The notes below the pieces were generated by a model. It was not told the origin of the DNA. It worked only from the letters and a program-made list of their open reading frames with translations, and did no database searches. From the NCBI RefSeq assembly GCF_000829235.1, contig NZ_AP012549.1, positions 1,200,001 to 1,232,000 on the forward strand: 32,000 nt of DNA, written 5' to 3'. The position numbers and the translations under genes were made by a program. Shown here piece by piece: positions 1-10,159 of the stretch. Numbering within the stretch: position 1 is the first letter of the stretch; the number at the start of each line of letters is the position of its first letter. This DNA is from a cyanobacterium endosymbiont of Epithemia turgida isolate EtSB Lake Yunoko (GTDB taxonomy: Bacteria; Cyanobacteriota; Cyanobacteriia; Cyanobacteriales; Microcystaceae).

Positions 1-327
1 ACGGATTAATTACCCCTATTTATATAGGTTATTTTAAAGGTTTTTATTCACTTGGGCATTAATATCTAATATTTTTTAATCATCAGCTTTTTATTCAAAA
101 TTTATTTAATAAAAAGTATTAAATTTTATTAAAAATAATAATTAATTAATATTAGTAGTAATAACAGTTTTTATGGCAGCTACAAAAAATAAAATAGTAA
201 TCAAAATAATTGTTAATAGATACTCAAATAAACCCCAAAAACGTTAATATTTTTTACTTAATTTTACCCTAAAAAATTTTTTAAAAAATAAAAACATACA
301 GAATAATCTCTTAGAGAAATCATCGTA

Positions 328-363
328 TTTTTCTGACAAACTAAACAAAGTTTGTCAGAAAAA
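328..363. repeat. Inverted repeat (15-bp stem, 6-nt loop) in AT-rich spacer, function unknown
   Basis: tttTTCTGACAAACT (328-342) and AGTTTGTCAGAAaaa (349-363) are exact reverse complements around the loop aaacaa. On the + strand it is followed by aaTTTTg. There is no intact gene upstream within the window. Confidence 0.5.
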
Positions 364-502
364 ATTTTGTAATAATTAATTAATATATACGATTATTTAT
401 AGTTAGCTTAATTGATTTTAAGTTAGACAACTCTATTTATATTATTTTCTCAGAACTCATAATTGCTCCAATTGAATCATATTTCTCTTCAAATTCCTAC
501 AA

Positions 503-551
503 CATCACCAAATAAATAGATAATTAATAATTATCTATTTATTTGATGATG
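503..551. repeat. 49-nt near-perfect palindrome ending 2 nt before the LD-carboxypeptidase start codon; possible operator or translation-controlling hairpin
   Basis: Core 510-544, AAATAAATAGATAATTA-a-TAATTATCTATTTATTT, is a perfect 17+1+17 palindrome. The flanks CATCACC and GGTGATG-like gatgatg extend pairing to 503-551 with a single mismatch (508/546). The ATG of the next CDS is at 554. Confidence 0.75.
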
Positions 552-553
552 TC

Positions 554-1447
554 ATGAAACTCCCTTCTCTTTTAAAATCAGGAGACTTAGTACAAGTTAT
601 CACTCCCAGTGGTCGGCTAAAAGAATTTTCTGCATTTGAAAAAGGACTAGAAATCTGGCGATCACGGGGCTATCAAATTCAATTGGCAAGTCACTGGAAC
701 ACCAGCGAAGGATACTTAGCTGGAACCGATACTCAACGACGACAAGCATTATTAGAAGCTTGGGAAAACCCCCAATGTAAAGCCATTGTCTGCGCTAGGG
801 GAGGCTATGGAAGTGCCAGATTGCTAGAAGACTGGCAATGGAACTCTGTTTCGGCTTCATCACCAAAATGGATGATTGGTTTTTCTGATATCACGGGATT
901 ATTGTGGAGTTTAGCAAAAGAAGAGATTGCTAGTCTTCATGCTCCCGTTTTAACTACCTTGGGAGCTGAACCTCACTGGTCAGTTCAACGGTTATTTAAT
1001 TACCTTGAAAAAGGACTGTTACCTTCTCTCCAAGGTTTAGGATGGGGAGGTGGGAAAACGACAGGAACCCTACTTCCAGCGAATTTATCCGTCGCTACTC
1101 ACTTACTAGGAACTCCCTTACAACCATCTCTAGATGGGGTCATATTAGCCCTAGAAGAAGTGGGAGAAGCCCCATACCGTGTAGACCGTTTTGTGACTCA
1201 ATGGCGGTTAATGGGAGCATTTAAAGGGATTAAAGGGATTGCTTTGGGACGATTTAGTCAATGTAACTTACCGCAATCTAGCTCAAGCTGGACAGTAGAT
1301 AAAGTACTACGTGATCGTCTTGGAGATCTCAACATTCCCATTGTATCAAATCTTCCTTTCGGCCATGATGGAGAAAATGCCGCTTTACCTGTAGGAACTC
1401 AAGTCAGTTTAGATGGAAATCTTGGCGTTCTTAGTTTCATCAACTAA
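554..1447 (+). CDS. ldcA: LD-carboxypeptidase (peptidase S66, muramoyl-tetrapeptide carboxypeptidase family)
   Basis: The 297-aa ORF has the family hallmarks ARGGYGSARLL, the nucleophile motif GFSDITGL, LEEVGEAPYRVDR (Glu) and FGHDGEN (His). The length is typical for LdcA. Confidence 0.85.
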   Translation: MKLPSLLKSGDLVQVITPSGRLKEFSAFEKGLEIWRSRGYQIQLASHWNTSEGYLAGTDTQRRQALLEAWENPQCKAIVCARGGYGSARLLEDWQWNSVSASSPKWMIGFSDITGLLWSLAKEEIASLHAPVLTTLGAEPHWSVQRLFNYLEKGLLPSLQGLGWGGGKTTGTLLPANLSVATHLLGTPLQPSLDGVILALEEVGEAPYRVDRFVTQWRLMGAFKGIKGIALGRFSQCNLPQSSSSWTVDKVLRDRLGDLNIPIVSNLPFGHDGENAALPVGTQVSLDGNLGVLSFIN

Positions 1448-1624
1448 GATTAATCTGAAGTACGGTGTTGGGATAACAGATTCAATGCTAATGATTTCTT
1501 AAGGAGAAAACTCCTCTCTGTGTTTTCCGTACAAATATGAATAAAATAGCATTTGAATTGATGTAAGTTACAGTCAAAGTTTTAATTGTTAATTAGCTTG
1601 ACCATTGAGATAACAATCAGATTA

Positions 1625-2113
1625 ATGATGAATTTCCACCTTGTCTCAATTCGGGGAACTAAAATCCAGTATATTGAGGCAGGTAAATATAAGAAATTAA
1701 CCATTTTATCCTTACATATAATTAGTTTTCAGGCAATCAATTTCAAGTTATTTTTCTTAAGTTACCTAACTATGGCAATATTATTCTGTGGTTGTTTCCC
1801 TGTCTATGAGTGGAAGTTATAGTCTAGCAATAGTTGTTAACTATGAATAAAATTAGGAAAATTTGTGGTTGTTGATCCTGTTAGAATTTCTAAGTTTAAA
1901 GTACAATTAACTGTAGTTAAATTACCAATATTAGCAATTTTTGGAAGTGACAATCGAAGTATTCCCGTTAGTTAAGCAGAATAGTTGCTTAAATCTATGC
2001 CCGACTCCGGCTAAGTACTTTTGGAAAATGCCGGACACGATTGTTATATAAGGAGGACAGAAATACTTAGGGCTCATTTTTTAAAATTTTTCAAATCTCT
2101 CAAGTTTTCTTAA
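1625..2113 (+). pseudogene. Eroded alpha/beta-hydrolase-fold pseudogene (multiple in-frame stops, internal deletion)
   Basis: All in a single frame (position mod 3 = 2). The N-terminus MNFHLVSIRGTKIQYIEAGKYKKLTILSLH resembles the start of alpha/beta hydrolases. The C-terminal part reads KLPILAIFGSDNRSIPVS*AE*LLKSMPDSG*VLLENAGHDCYIRRTEILRAHFLKFF, the classic xPxLxIxGxxDxxxP...ENxGH block. Stops lie at 1973-1975, 1982-1984 and 2012-2014, plus stops at 1820-1846. The total span of about 490 nt is far shorter than an intact gene of roughly 850 nt. Confidence 0.7.
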
Positions 2114-2122
2114 AACTTATTC

Positions 2123-2137
2123 AGTGCAGGTTGCACT
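2123..2137. terminator. Short GC-rich hairpin between convergent gene ends (possible bidirectional terminator)
   Basis: AGTGCA-ggt-TGCACT, a 6-bp stem, lies 32 nt beyond the GT2 stop on the - strand and 10 nt beyond the pseudogene frame end on the + strand. There is no clean U-tract, so support is weak. Confidence 0.25.
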
Positions 2138-2169
2138 ACTTATAGCGTGTTAACTTCTAACTTCGTGAC

Positions 2170-3141
2170 TTATTCATTATTAACAGTCAAACCATAACAA
2201 TCTCGCACAAGATAGAGAGGACGTTCTTTAACTTCCTCATAAACTCGACCCAAATATTCTCCAATTACCCCTAGGCTAATTAATTGTATTCCGCCCAAAA
2301 ATAAAACGGTCACCATTAAAGATGGATAGCCAGGGACATCAACTCCTGAAACCAATGTCCAGACAATTAAAAATAATCCATAGAAAAAAGCGAACAAAGA
2401 TAACAATACCCCAACATAACTCCACACCTTCAAAGGAACCATACTAAAAGATGTAATTCCATCAATAGCAAAATTCCAGAGTTTCCAGTAATTCCATTTA
2501 GTTTGTCCTTGGTAACGAGGAGGACGATCATAGAAAATCGCTGTTTCTTTATATCCTACCCAAGCAAATAACCCTTTCATAAAACGGGTTCGTTCAGGGA
2601 TTTTTTTAAAAGCCATGACCACTCGCCGATCCAAGAGTCGAAAATCTCCAGTATTTCTAGGAATAGGAACACAACTCATTTTACTAATCACTCGGTAAAA
2701 CATATCGGCTGTAAAGCGTTTAAGCCAACTTTCTCCTTGACGTGATCGCCGTTTAGCATAAACGACATCATATCCTTCGCGCCACTTGGCAATCAGTTCT
2801 CCAATTAATTCTGGGGGATCTTGTAAATCTCCATCGATGGGAATAACAGCTTTTCCTCGAGCATAATCGAGACCGGCGGTTAAGGCGATTTCTTTGCCAA
2901 AATTACGGGATAGTCCAATTATTTTAATTTTGGGATAACGTTGATGATAATCAATTAAATTCGTAAGGGTATTATCTCGACTTCCATCATCAACACAAAT
3001 AATTTCATAAGTCAGATTTAATTGGTCTAAAACTGATAACAGTCGCTTAAAAAGCTGGTCAATATTTGGTGCTTCGTTATATAAAGGAACAACGACCGAT
3101 ATTTCTATTGAATCCATCATAGGGTCTATAGGATGACTCAT
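2170..3141 (-). CDS. Family 2 glycosyltransferase, polyprenol-phosphate sugar transferase type (ArnC/GtrB/DPM1-like)
   Basis: The 323-aa ORF has the N-terminal GT-A signature ISVVVPLYNEAPNI, then CVDDGSRDNT, then PIDGDLQDPPE (DxD-like). Two C-terminal hydrophobic helices (VGVLLSLFAFFYGLFLIVW, MVTVLFLGGIQLISLGVIGEY) are typical of this subfamily. Confidence 0.9.
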   Translation of the reverse strand: MSHPIDPMMDSIEISVVVPLYNEAPNIDQLFKRLLSVLDQLNLTYEIICVDDGSRDNTLTNLIDYHQRYPKIKIIGLSRNFGKEIALTAGLDYARGKAVIPIDGDLQDPPELIGELIAKWREGYDVVYAKRRSRQGESWLKRFTADMFYRVISKMSCVPIPRNTGDFRLLDRRVVMAFKKIPERTRFMKGLFAWVGYKETAIFYDRPPRYQGQTKWNYWKLWNFAIDGITSFSMVPLKVWSYVGVLLSLFAFFYGLFLIVWTLVSGVDVPGYPSLMVTVLFLGGIQLISLGVIGEYLGRVYEEVKERPLYLVRDCYGLTVNNE

Positions 3142-3463
3142 CGTCAGAGAGGAGCTGCTTGTAGATATATTTAAAGTGATTACTCAGTCAAAATATTGGC
3201 TCTTCTAGGATAGCTTTGATAAAATAACAATAAATAAAAGTTAACAGTCTTATTTTATAAAGTTTTCTAAAATACTAAAAACTTGATACTTATAGAGATA
3301 AAATTTTTAGTATTGTAGAATACAGTCAAGAATAAAAGTTTGAGAAGTTATTAGCTGTTAATTTATCAGACTTAGTCTAAACAAAATAAAATGTTTAGCA
3401 TGAAAACTATGATAGAGGTCTAATATCATTAACCCCTACTAATAAAAATGTATTTTACGACAA

Positions 3464-4687
3464 TTATGACTTTCTAGAAGCAACTAGACTTTTAGACCTT
3501 TGCGCCCAAACTCTAGTAGGAAGTCCCCAAATGTAGATAAACCCCTCAGCTGCCTTATGATCAAAGTCATCATCTGTCCCATAGGTAGATAAATTCGGAC
3601 TGTAAATAGAATTGTCAGAGTAGCGACCTACAATGACGGCGTTCCCCTTAAATAATTTGATCCGAACTGTTCCCGTAACACGGTCTTGGGTTTGGTCAAT
3701 AAAAGCATCGAGAGCTTCTTTTAAAGGACTATACCATAACCCTTGGTAAATCAGTTTACTGTAGGTATCACCCACTCCCTGTTTATACTGAGTCACATCA
3801 GCAGTGAGGGTCAAACTTTCTAGGTCGCGGTGAGCATCAATTAACACCAATAATGCAGGAGCTTCATAGATTTCCCGCGATTTGATGCCTACAACACGGT
3901 TTTCAACCATATCCAGACGACCAATCCCATGATTACCTACTGTTTCATTCAATTGACTAATCAAAGTCACGGAATCGAGGATTTGACAATTAAGACTAAC
4001 AGGAATTCCTTTTTCAAACCCAATCTCTATGTATTCAGGCTCATCAGGAGTATCTACAATCGCTTTAGTCATTAAATAGATTTCTTCGGGAGGTTCGGTC
4101 ATTGGATCTTCTAATGTACCGGCTTCAATACTACGTCCGAGGAGATTACGATCAATACTGAAGGGAGAAGATTTTTTAACGGGGAATTCAATGCCGAATT
4201 TCTCCCCATAGGCGATAGTTTCCTCCCGACTCATGTTCCATTCCCTTGCTGGCGCGAGAACTTTTAGTGCAGGATTAAGGGCGAGGATACCTAAGTCAAA
4301 GCGTACCTGATCATTTCCTTTAGCGGTACAACCGTGGGCTACTGCATCCGCCCCATATTTTGCTGCCGCTTCTACTAAGAGCTTAGCAATTAAAGGACGA
4401 GCTAATGCAGTGAATAGAGGATAGCGATTTTCATAAAGGGCATTCGCTTGAATTGATCGAAATCCGTAGTCTGTGACAAATGTTTCTTGAGCGTTAGACA
4501 CCAAAGACTCTAAAGCACCACATTCAATAGCTTTGGCTTGAATGGTCTCTAATTCATCCCCTTGTCCCAAGTCAGCAGATAAGGTGATTATATTTTTTAC
4601 CCCCCACTCTTGTTTGAGATAGGGAATACAAACAGAGGTATCAACTCCTCCAGAATAGGCAAGAATAACTTTATCAGCACGACCCAT
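3464..4687 (-). CDS. argG: Argininosuccinate synthase
   Basis: The 407-aa ORF carries the ATP-binding motif AYSGGVDTS, plus [14 protein letters not shown] and [10 protein letters not shown], all characteristic ArgG blocks. GC is about 43 percent in a hand-counted 100-nt sample, much higher than the spacers. Confidence 0.97.
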   Translation of the reverse strand: MGRADKVILAYSGGVDTSVCIPYLKQEWGVKNIITLSADLGQGDELETIQAKAIECGALESLVSNAQETFVTDYGFRSIQANALYENRYPLFTALARPLIAKLLVEAAAKYGADAVAHGCTAKGNDQVRFDLGILALNPALKVLAPAREWNMSREETIAYGEKFGIEFPVKKSSPFSIDRNLLGRSIEAGTLEDPMTEPPEEIYLMTKAIVDTPDEPEYIEIGFEKGIPVSLNCQILDSVTLISQLNETVGNHGIGRLDMVENRVVGIKSREIYEAPALLVLIDAHRDLESLTLTADVTQYKQGVGDTYSKLIYQGLWYSPLKEALDAFIDQTQDRVTGTVRIKLFKGNAVIVGRYSDNSIYSPNLSTYGTDDDFDHKAAEGFIYIWGLPTRVWAQRSKSLVASRKS

Positions 4688-6900
4688 AAAAATTTATCCT
4701 TAACAAACAACCATTGAGGTCATTTTACTGGAGTTAAGAGTTTTTAGTTATAAGTTCTTATCAAGAATACAGAACAATTAAGAAATTTAGGAGTTATGTA
4801 TTGACAGATAAACTTAGATATAGTGCCAGTGAAAATACGAAGTGATGGCTAAGAATAAATAGCAAAAAGAGTTAAAGAAATTACAGATTTGGTGAGACTA
4901 TCAAAAAACACAATTGGGAAAGCAGTTTTCAGATAGATTGTTCAAGGACTAGAAGGATTGCGGCAAAAAGATAAAATACCTTGAAAAGCTATCAAAAAAA
5001 TAAACACCTATGTTGATAGCCAACAATTATCTAAGACTTAAAAACAAGAAAAATCAGTAAAAAAATAAATAAAATAGCGATATATAGCTAATAAAACATT
5101 GTAAGTATAAAGTAATAAATACGGTGATTATTCTTGATGATTACTCAGTACATGTAAGTAGTTGATTTAAATTACAACCTGGACAATTTTAAGAAAAATA
5201 GTTATATTTATATTTTTTACTAACCTCTAGTATAGAATTAAATATTCTAGAAGGAATAAAATAGCATTAAATAAAAGTTAATAAAATTATTATAGGGATA
5301 TGTTTAAAAGAATTAATTAAGCTGAAGCATTTAAGTAAAGTTTATTTTTTATTTAAAAAATAAGAATTTAACATATAAAAATTAAACTCTAGTTATTTAG
5401 ATATATCAATATAAAATTTTGTCTATGTTAACTTTTATTTATCCATATTTACGACCGATATTTTTGGTTTATTTAGCAGTTTATTCCTGTTAGGTTTATT
5501 GAAGGCTTGAGTAGTTTATTAGTTAGCTATAATTATTTTAGTATAAAAAATAAATTTTTGAATAGAAAAGAAACTAATATCCGAAGTAAATATCTTTTTA
5601 TTCCTGTCTTTTATAATTGGTTTAAGTTGGTGAATTAGTCAATAAACAATCAGGTTTGATCAATAAAAAAATAAAAGCTAAAACTATACAGTTGATAGCA
5701 TAACAACTAAAAAAATATCAGAAGTATTATTGGTTTTCACCAACTTAGAAAAATTAGAAGTTTGACTATTAAACTTAAAGTATAAATTTTGTGAAGGACT
5801 CATTCCGATAGGTTGGAAAGTTCAATCAACTCAGGATAAGTCAAATATAAGAATTCATCCTATTTTTTTTATGTTTATGGCAATGATCATTGGACCTTTA
5901 GCAACTAGCCAATAACAATCAAATTAATTCAATTAAATTATGCAGTGTGGACTAATTTAATTGAAAATATAGCGTTTATCGTAATTAAAAATAAAAAGTG
6001 TAGTACTTCTACTTCGAAGCTATAATCTCTATACTATATTAGTGTGATAACTTATATATATATGAAGTTACTCACTTTAGGATAGAGTAAAGATAGAATC
6101 TAGTAAAAATTATACTTATTATCTTTTAAGCCGATAAAAAGTTATCTATATATTTTTAAAATAATATTTAAAAATATATGGAAATTAATTAAATAAAATT
6201 ATTCTATTTAGTTCTTAAACAAGAAAACATATTACCTTTAATTATAAAATTAATTTCCATTAATAATTTACCATAAAACCATAGTCAAATCCAAAAAAGT
6301 GGTAGTGACTCTATCTATAGCAAACCTTTAAAATACTTTATTTTATTCTTCTTTAGCGCGAGCAACGACGCAAACTAATTAGTTAAATAAGTGATAATTA
6401 TTAATAAATTAACAAAGACACAAAGTGGAAACCTATTCACTTCACTTATTGATTTAGCTTTTATTAAATAGATAATTTTTAACTAAAACTATCTATATTT
6501 AAGGAGTTTTAATTACATTAAATGGGAATATTTTTTAAAAATATATTCTAAATATCACTATTCAAAATATATTCAATTATTTTTATTTTAAATTTTTTAG
6601 GGATTTAAATATTATTTAACTGTATTTTTACATTTGTTAAATTCAATTTAACGATAGCTTATCTTGTACGATATATCTTTTGAAACTTAATATAAATGTA
6701 TTATTTATACCATAAGCTAAACTGACTTTTAATATTTTAGTACTCTAAAATATTTTTGTATTTTATGAACTGAAAATATAATAAAAAAAGTATAGATTAC
6801 ACTTTACTCAAACAGTAAAAAATACTTTTTTTTTAATAAACTTTAATAGGTTTCTGTTCTTATATAATTAACTAAGTTTTACTTTTTGGGCTTGTACATA

Positions 6901-6940
6901 AGGTTTAAATTATTTTAAGTCGATTTAAACCTTTTTTATT
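6901..6940 (+). terminator. Orphan terminator-like hairpin plus T-tract inside a gene desert
   Basis: AGGTTTAAAT (6901-6910) and ATTTAAACCT (6923-6932) are exact reverse complements with a 12-nt loop, followed directly by TTTTTTATT. No intact + strand ORF lies upstream. Confidence 0.3.
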
Positions 6941-7089
6941 GAATTTTTTAAGAATACATACAAGACTTCTTTTATTCTGCTAGAAGCTTTATTTTTTAAC
7001 AAATAGTTTTAAGACAATTCTCCATGAGTTGTAATCACTGGCTTAAAGTTTGATAAAACCATACATCACATCAGAAAAATGGTAACACC

Positions 7090-7127
7090 TTATAATGATG
7101 AGTAGTAGTAACAACTCATCATTATAA
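7090..7127. repeat. Perfect 14-bp-stem hairpin in gene desert
   Basis: TTATAATGATGAGT (7090-7103) and ACTCATCATTATAA (7114-7127) are exact reverse complements. The loop is agtagtaaca. Confidence 0.6.
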
Positions 7128-7471
7128 CGAATAAAAAGTGTATTTTCTATACTTATGTATAATCAATTAGTAGCTAATAAATTCTAATATTCTTGTTCTA
7201 AATGTATTTTTTTACTTGAGAAATTTTTACATAAACAAAGTTTTTAGTTTTTGATTATTACGATCTTATTATAGCCAGTCTAAATAACAAATAAAAGCTA
7301 TCTTTATACATTGAATTATGTCAACAGGCTAATTACTTAGGAGACAAAAAGAATGACAACTTTAGCGACAAAACCGAGTTAGGTTCACAATTGATTGCTA
7401 GCTAAATGTGGTATAAAAATATGGTATTAAAAGTACTACACAAACACACTTAGGATTTCTTTTGTTAATAC

Positions 7472-7939
7472 CTAATATTGTTTCATTGCCCGTGATATTT
7501 CTCTTTCATCCTGACGGCGTTTGATGGTTTCTCGTTTGTCATGAAGTTTTTTGCCTCGTCCTAAACCTAAACTGACCTTAACTAAACTTCCTCTAAGGAA
7601 TATTTTGAGAGGAACTAAAGTCAAGCCTTTTTGCTCAATTTTTCCAATCAACTGATTAATTTCTTTACGGTGTAACAACAATTTCCGACTCCGGCAAGGA
7701 TTATGATTAAAATATTGACTACTAGCTTTATAAGGCGAAATATTAACATTAAGTAACCACGCTTCCCCTTTTTGAATTAACGCATAGCCATCACCCAGAT
7801 TAACTTTACCTGCTCGAATGGACTTAACCTCTGTTCCTACCAATGCAATACCCGCCTCGTAAGTTTCTGAAATTTCATAAAGAAAACGGGCTTTGCGATT
7901 GTTGCTAATGATTTTGATTGGTTGTTTTTGATTACTCAT
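7472..7939 (-). CDS. smpB: SsrA-binding protein SmpB
   Basis: The 155-aa ORF contains NRKARFLYEI, GTEVKSIR, LLLHRKEI and a basic C-terminal tail, all canonical SmpB features. Confidence 0.95.
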   Translation of the reverse strand: MSNQKQPIKIISNNRKARFLYEISETYEAGIALVGTEVKSIRAGKVNLGDGYALIQKGEAWLLNVNISPYKASSQYFNHNPCRSRKLLLHRKEINQLIGKIEQKGLTLVPLKIFLRGSLVKVSLGLGRGKKLHDKRETIKRRQDEREISRAMKQY

Positions 7940-8959
7940 AGGACTTCAAGTGTAACATTATTTTTCTTCAAGGTTACAGTTATGACTCTTCCAAATTAAG
8001 TATGTTCAATTAGCAGTTAATAACTTCTATAATTCTTATTATAAATGCATTATGCGACTATAAAAACTTTTTTATAAAAATAAAGTTTTTTAAATATTAA
8101 AATTCTTGCAAAACGAGCTAAGAAGAGTTATCCTCCTTTTTAAGGATAAGGTAAAATAAATCTAAAAATAGATAATCATTGTTTCTTGTGAGGCTTGTGA
8201 TTCATCAATATTAATGACAAATTAAGGTTGAAACAATTTATTTAAAATACCTATAAAAGTATATTTTATTTTCTCATTTGGCTCGTCGTACCTAGTTCTA
8301 GAGTACTTTATGGAAATGATTAAAATATCAAGCAATAAAAGCTTAATAATGTTATGAGCAAATCTTGATCTAAATCTCTATTCATTCGTGCGTGTATTAG
8401 TTAATTAATTTAGCTGATGTTTAAAGTTAAACATATTCCCTTTTTAAGAACCTAATTAACTTAACAAACGATTTGTAATAGCAATCTTTAATCCGAGCAA
8501 TAGTATAGTGATTTATTATGTATAATTAAACAATAGCTAAACTAATATAGTTGTAGTTTATATATTAACTATATATGAATATAATAACAAACATATTATT
8601 CGTCTTAAAAACGTTATCTATTAAACTTGTAATTTATTACACCCTATTATGATAGGACTGAGATTATTCTTGAATAATAGTAAATTTTTTTGAAAGTAAT
8701 ATTACTGATACAGCTAAATAATATAGTTTATTTATTGCAATAAGTTACCAGCAAAATAAAAGAGTTTATTCATACTTTACCCTATGAAAACACCTATTTT
8801 ATTACAAGTAGTTTAACATATTTTTTTTATTGCGAAAGAAAAGAACAGTAATCGAACATAGATAACTAAAATTTAATATAGATAAGATTATAATTTTTGT
8901 ACCTGTTTATAAAGAAATATTGATCAGTTTATTGAATAATATTTATTATAATTATTGAG

Positions 8960-10156
8960 ATGCTTGATATCAACAAAATTTTTCAAAAAATACCTGAAAT
9001 TAGTCAACATTTTCGACAAGAAGTAAATGCTAGTTATGTACGATTGGAAAAAGCAAAAAAAATCTTACAGAAAATATACGATAAAGAAGCCGAATTAATT
9101 CAAAAATATGAGAAGTGGCGTGATTGTCTACTTTTTTCAGCAGCTGTTCCTATCGAACCTCTAAATACCCGAATTAGCCTAACTTTACCCCCCTATAGGC
9201 ATACTGTTTTTGCTACTGATGGCTCTCAAATTTCTCCTTCTCACCATGAAATCGCGTATTGTTATTTAATAAATGTGGGCCGGGTGATGCTTCATTATGG
9301 ACAAAATTTACATCCTTTACTTGACAGTCTACCTGAAGTTTATTACCGTCCAGAAGATATTTATCTCGCCAACCAATGGGGAATTAAAACAGAAGAATGG
9401 ATAGGATATTGCCGTAGCGTCTTAGAAGCAGAAATTCTTGCCGACATGTCCTGTCGTTGGGTGAACCCCCCAGGGGCGCATCAAGAACCTAATTTAGCAA
9501 TGGTGGACGGTTCGTTGATCTACTGGTTTTTAAACGGATTACCCAAAGAAGCACGAGACCACATTCTCTCCTCAATCCTAACAGCTTGGGAACAGTTACA
9601 TAAATCACGAATTCCTATAGTAGGTTATTTAAGCGCATCTCGTAGTGTGGAGAGTATAAACTTTTTACGGTTACACACTTGTCCTTTTAAGACCCCAAAT
9701 TGCTTGACTAATTGTGGAGACTCAGAAGAAAAAAATTTGCCTTGTCAAGTAATGAAACCTTTACGGGATATAAACCTTTGGGGACAATTTTTAGAACCTG
9801 GCCAACGAGGTCCTTTCTGGCGTAGTTCTCAACGAATTCTAGAATTATATAAGGAAGCGCAGCAGATTTATTTTTGTTACGTTAATCTGGGATCAGAAAT
9901 TGCCAGAGTGGAAGTTCCCGCTTGGGTTGTCAAAGATAAACCCTTATTAGAACAGGCTTTAGGTATTTTGTTAGGACAAGTCAGTAAAGGTTATGGTTAC
10001 CCTATCGCTTTATCTGAGTCCCATAACCAAGCTGTTATTAGAGGAGGTGATCGAATGAGATTCTTTGCTCTACTCGAACAGCAAATGATCCGTGCTGGGT
10101 TACAGAACGTTGGAACATCTTATAAAGAACTTAGAAAACGAGGAAGTATTGCTTAA
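8960..10156 (+). CDS. NurA-domain-like nuclease (RNase H-fold 5'-3' nuclease family)
   Basis: The 398-aa ORF has two DGS motifs with the spacing expected for NurA-type active sites (VFATDGSQI and AMVDGSLIYW). Its size matches the roughly 400-aa cyanobacterial NurA-domain proteins. The assignment is from motif recognition only. Confidence 0.55.
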   Translation: MLDINKIFQKIPEISQHFRQEVNASYVRLEKAKKILQKIYDKEAELIQKYEKWRDCLLFSAAVPIEPLNTRISLTLPPYRHTVFATDGSQISPSHHEIAYCYLINVGRVMLHYGQNLHPLLDSLPEVYYRPEDIYLANQWGIKTEEWIGYCRSVLEAEILADMSCRWVNPPGAHQEPNLAMVDGSLIYWFLNGLPKEARDHILSSILTAWEQLHKSRIPIVGYLSASRSVESINFLRLHTCPFKTPNCLTNCGDSEEKNLPCQVMKPLRDINLWGQFLEPGQRGPFWRSSQRILELYKEAQQIYFCYVNLGSEIARVEVPAWVVKDKPLLEQALGILLGQVSKGYGYPIALSESHNQAVIRGGDRMRFFALLEQQMIRAGLQNVGTSYKELRKRGSIA

Positions 10157-10159
10157 TTG

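Noticed and set aside
517-533. 17-nt exact match TAGATAATTAATAATTA shared with 31617-31633, considered as a dispersed repeat
   Set aside because: The sequence is pure A/T except for one G. With the AT bias of about 16 kb of spacer, roughly one such 17-mer match is expected by chance, and the flanks do not align.
1042-1224. 60-codon ORF inside the LD-carboxypeptidase gene in another frame
   Set aside because: It lies entirely within a well-supported CDS, its Arg/Ser-rich sequence is typical of an off-frame translation, and it has no independent support.
1586-1822. 78-codon ORF offered by the track as a possible gene
   Set aside because: It is the still-open N-terminal part of the alpha/beta-hydrolase pseudogene. 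The same frame continues with stops into the recognisable C-terminal hydrolase block, so it is not an intact gene.
4859-4984. Protein-like + frame (IAKRVKEITDLVRLSKNTIGKAVFR*IVQGLEGLRQKDKIP) considered as a helix-turn-helix regulator pseudogene
   Set aside because: I cannot match it to a specific family. It has only about 40 codons with an internal stop. It is kept only as a note inside the desert finding.
5623-5747. 12-bp inverted repeats TAAGTTGGTGAA / TTCACCAACTTA about 100 bp apart, considered as MITE termini
   Set aside because: A 12-bp match at any distance under 300 bp is expected several times by chance in this window. There are no target-site duplications and no second copy.
7300-8200. 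Looked for tmRNA (ssrA) or other structured RNA next to smpB, and for tRNA genes anywhere in the window
   Set aside because: There is no GC-rich island and no T-loop (GGTTCGAATCC-like) or acceptor-stem pattern. The flanks of smpB are AT-rich spacer. A covariance-model scan would be needed for a definitive negative.
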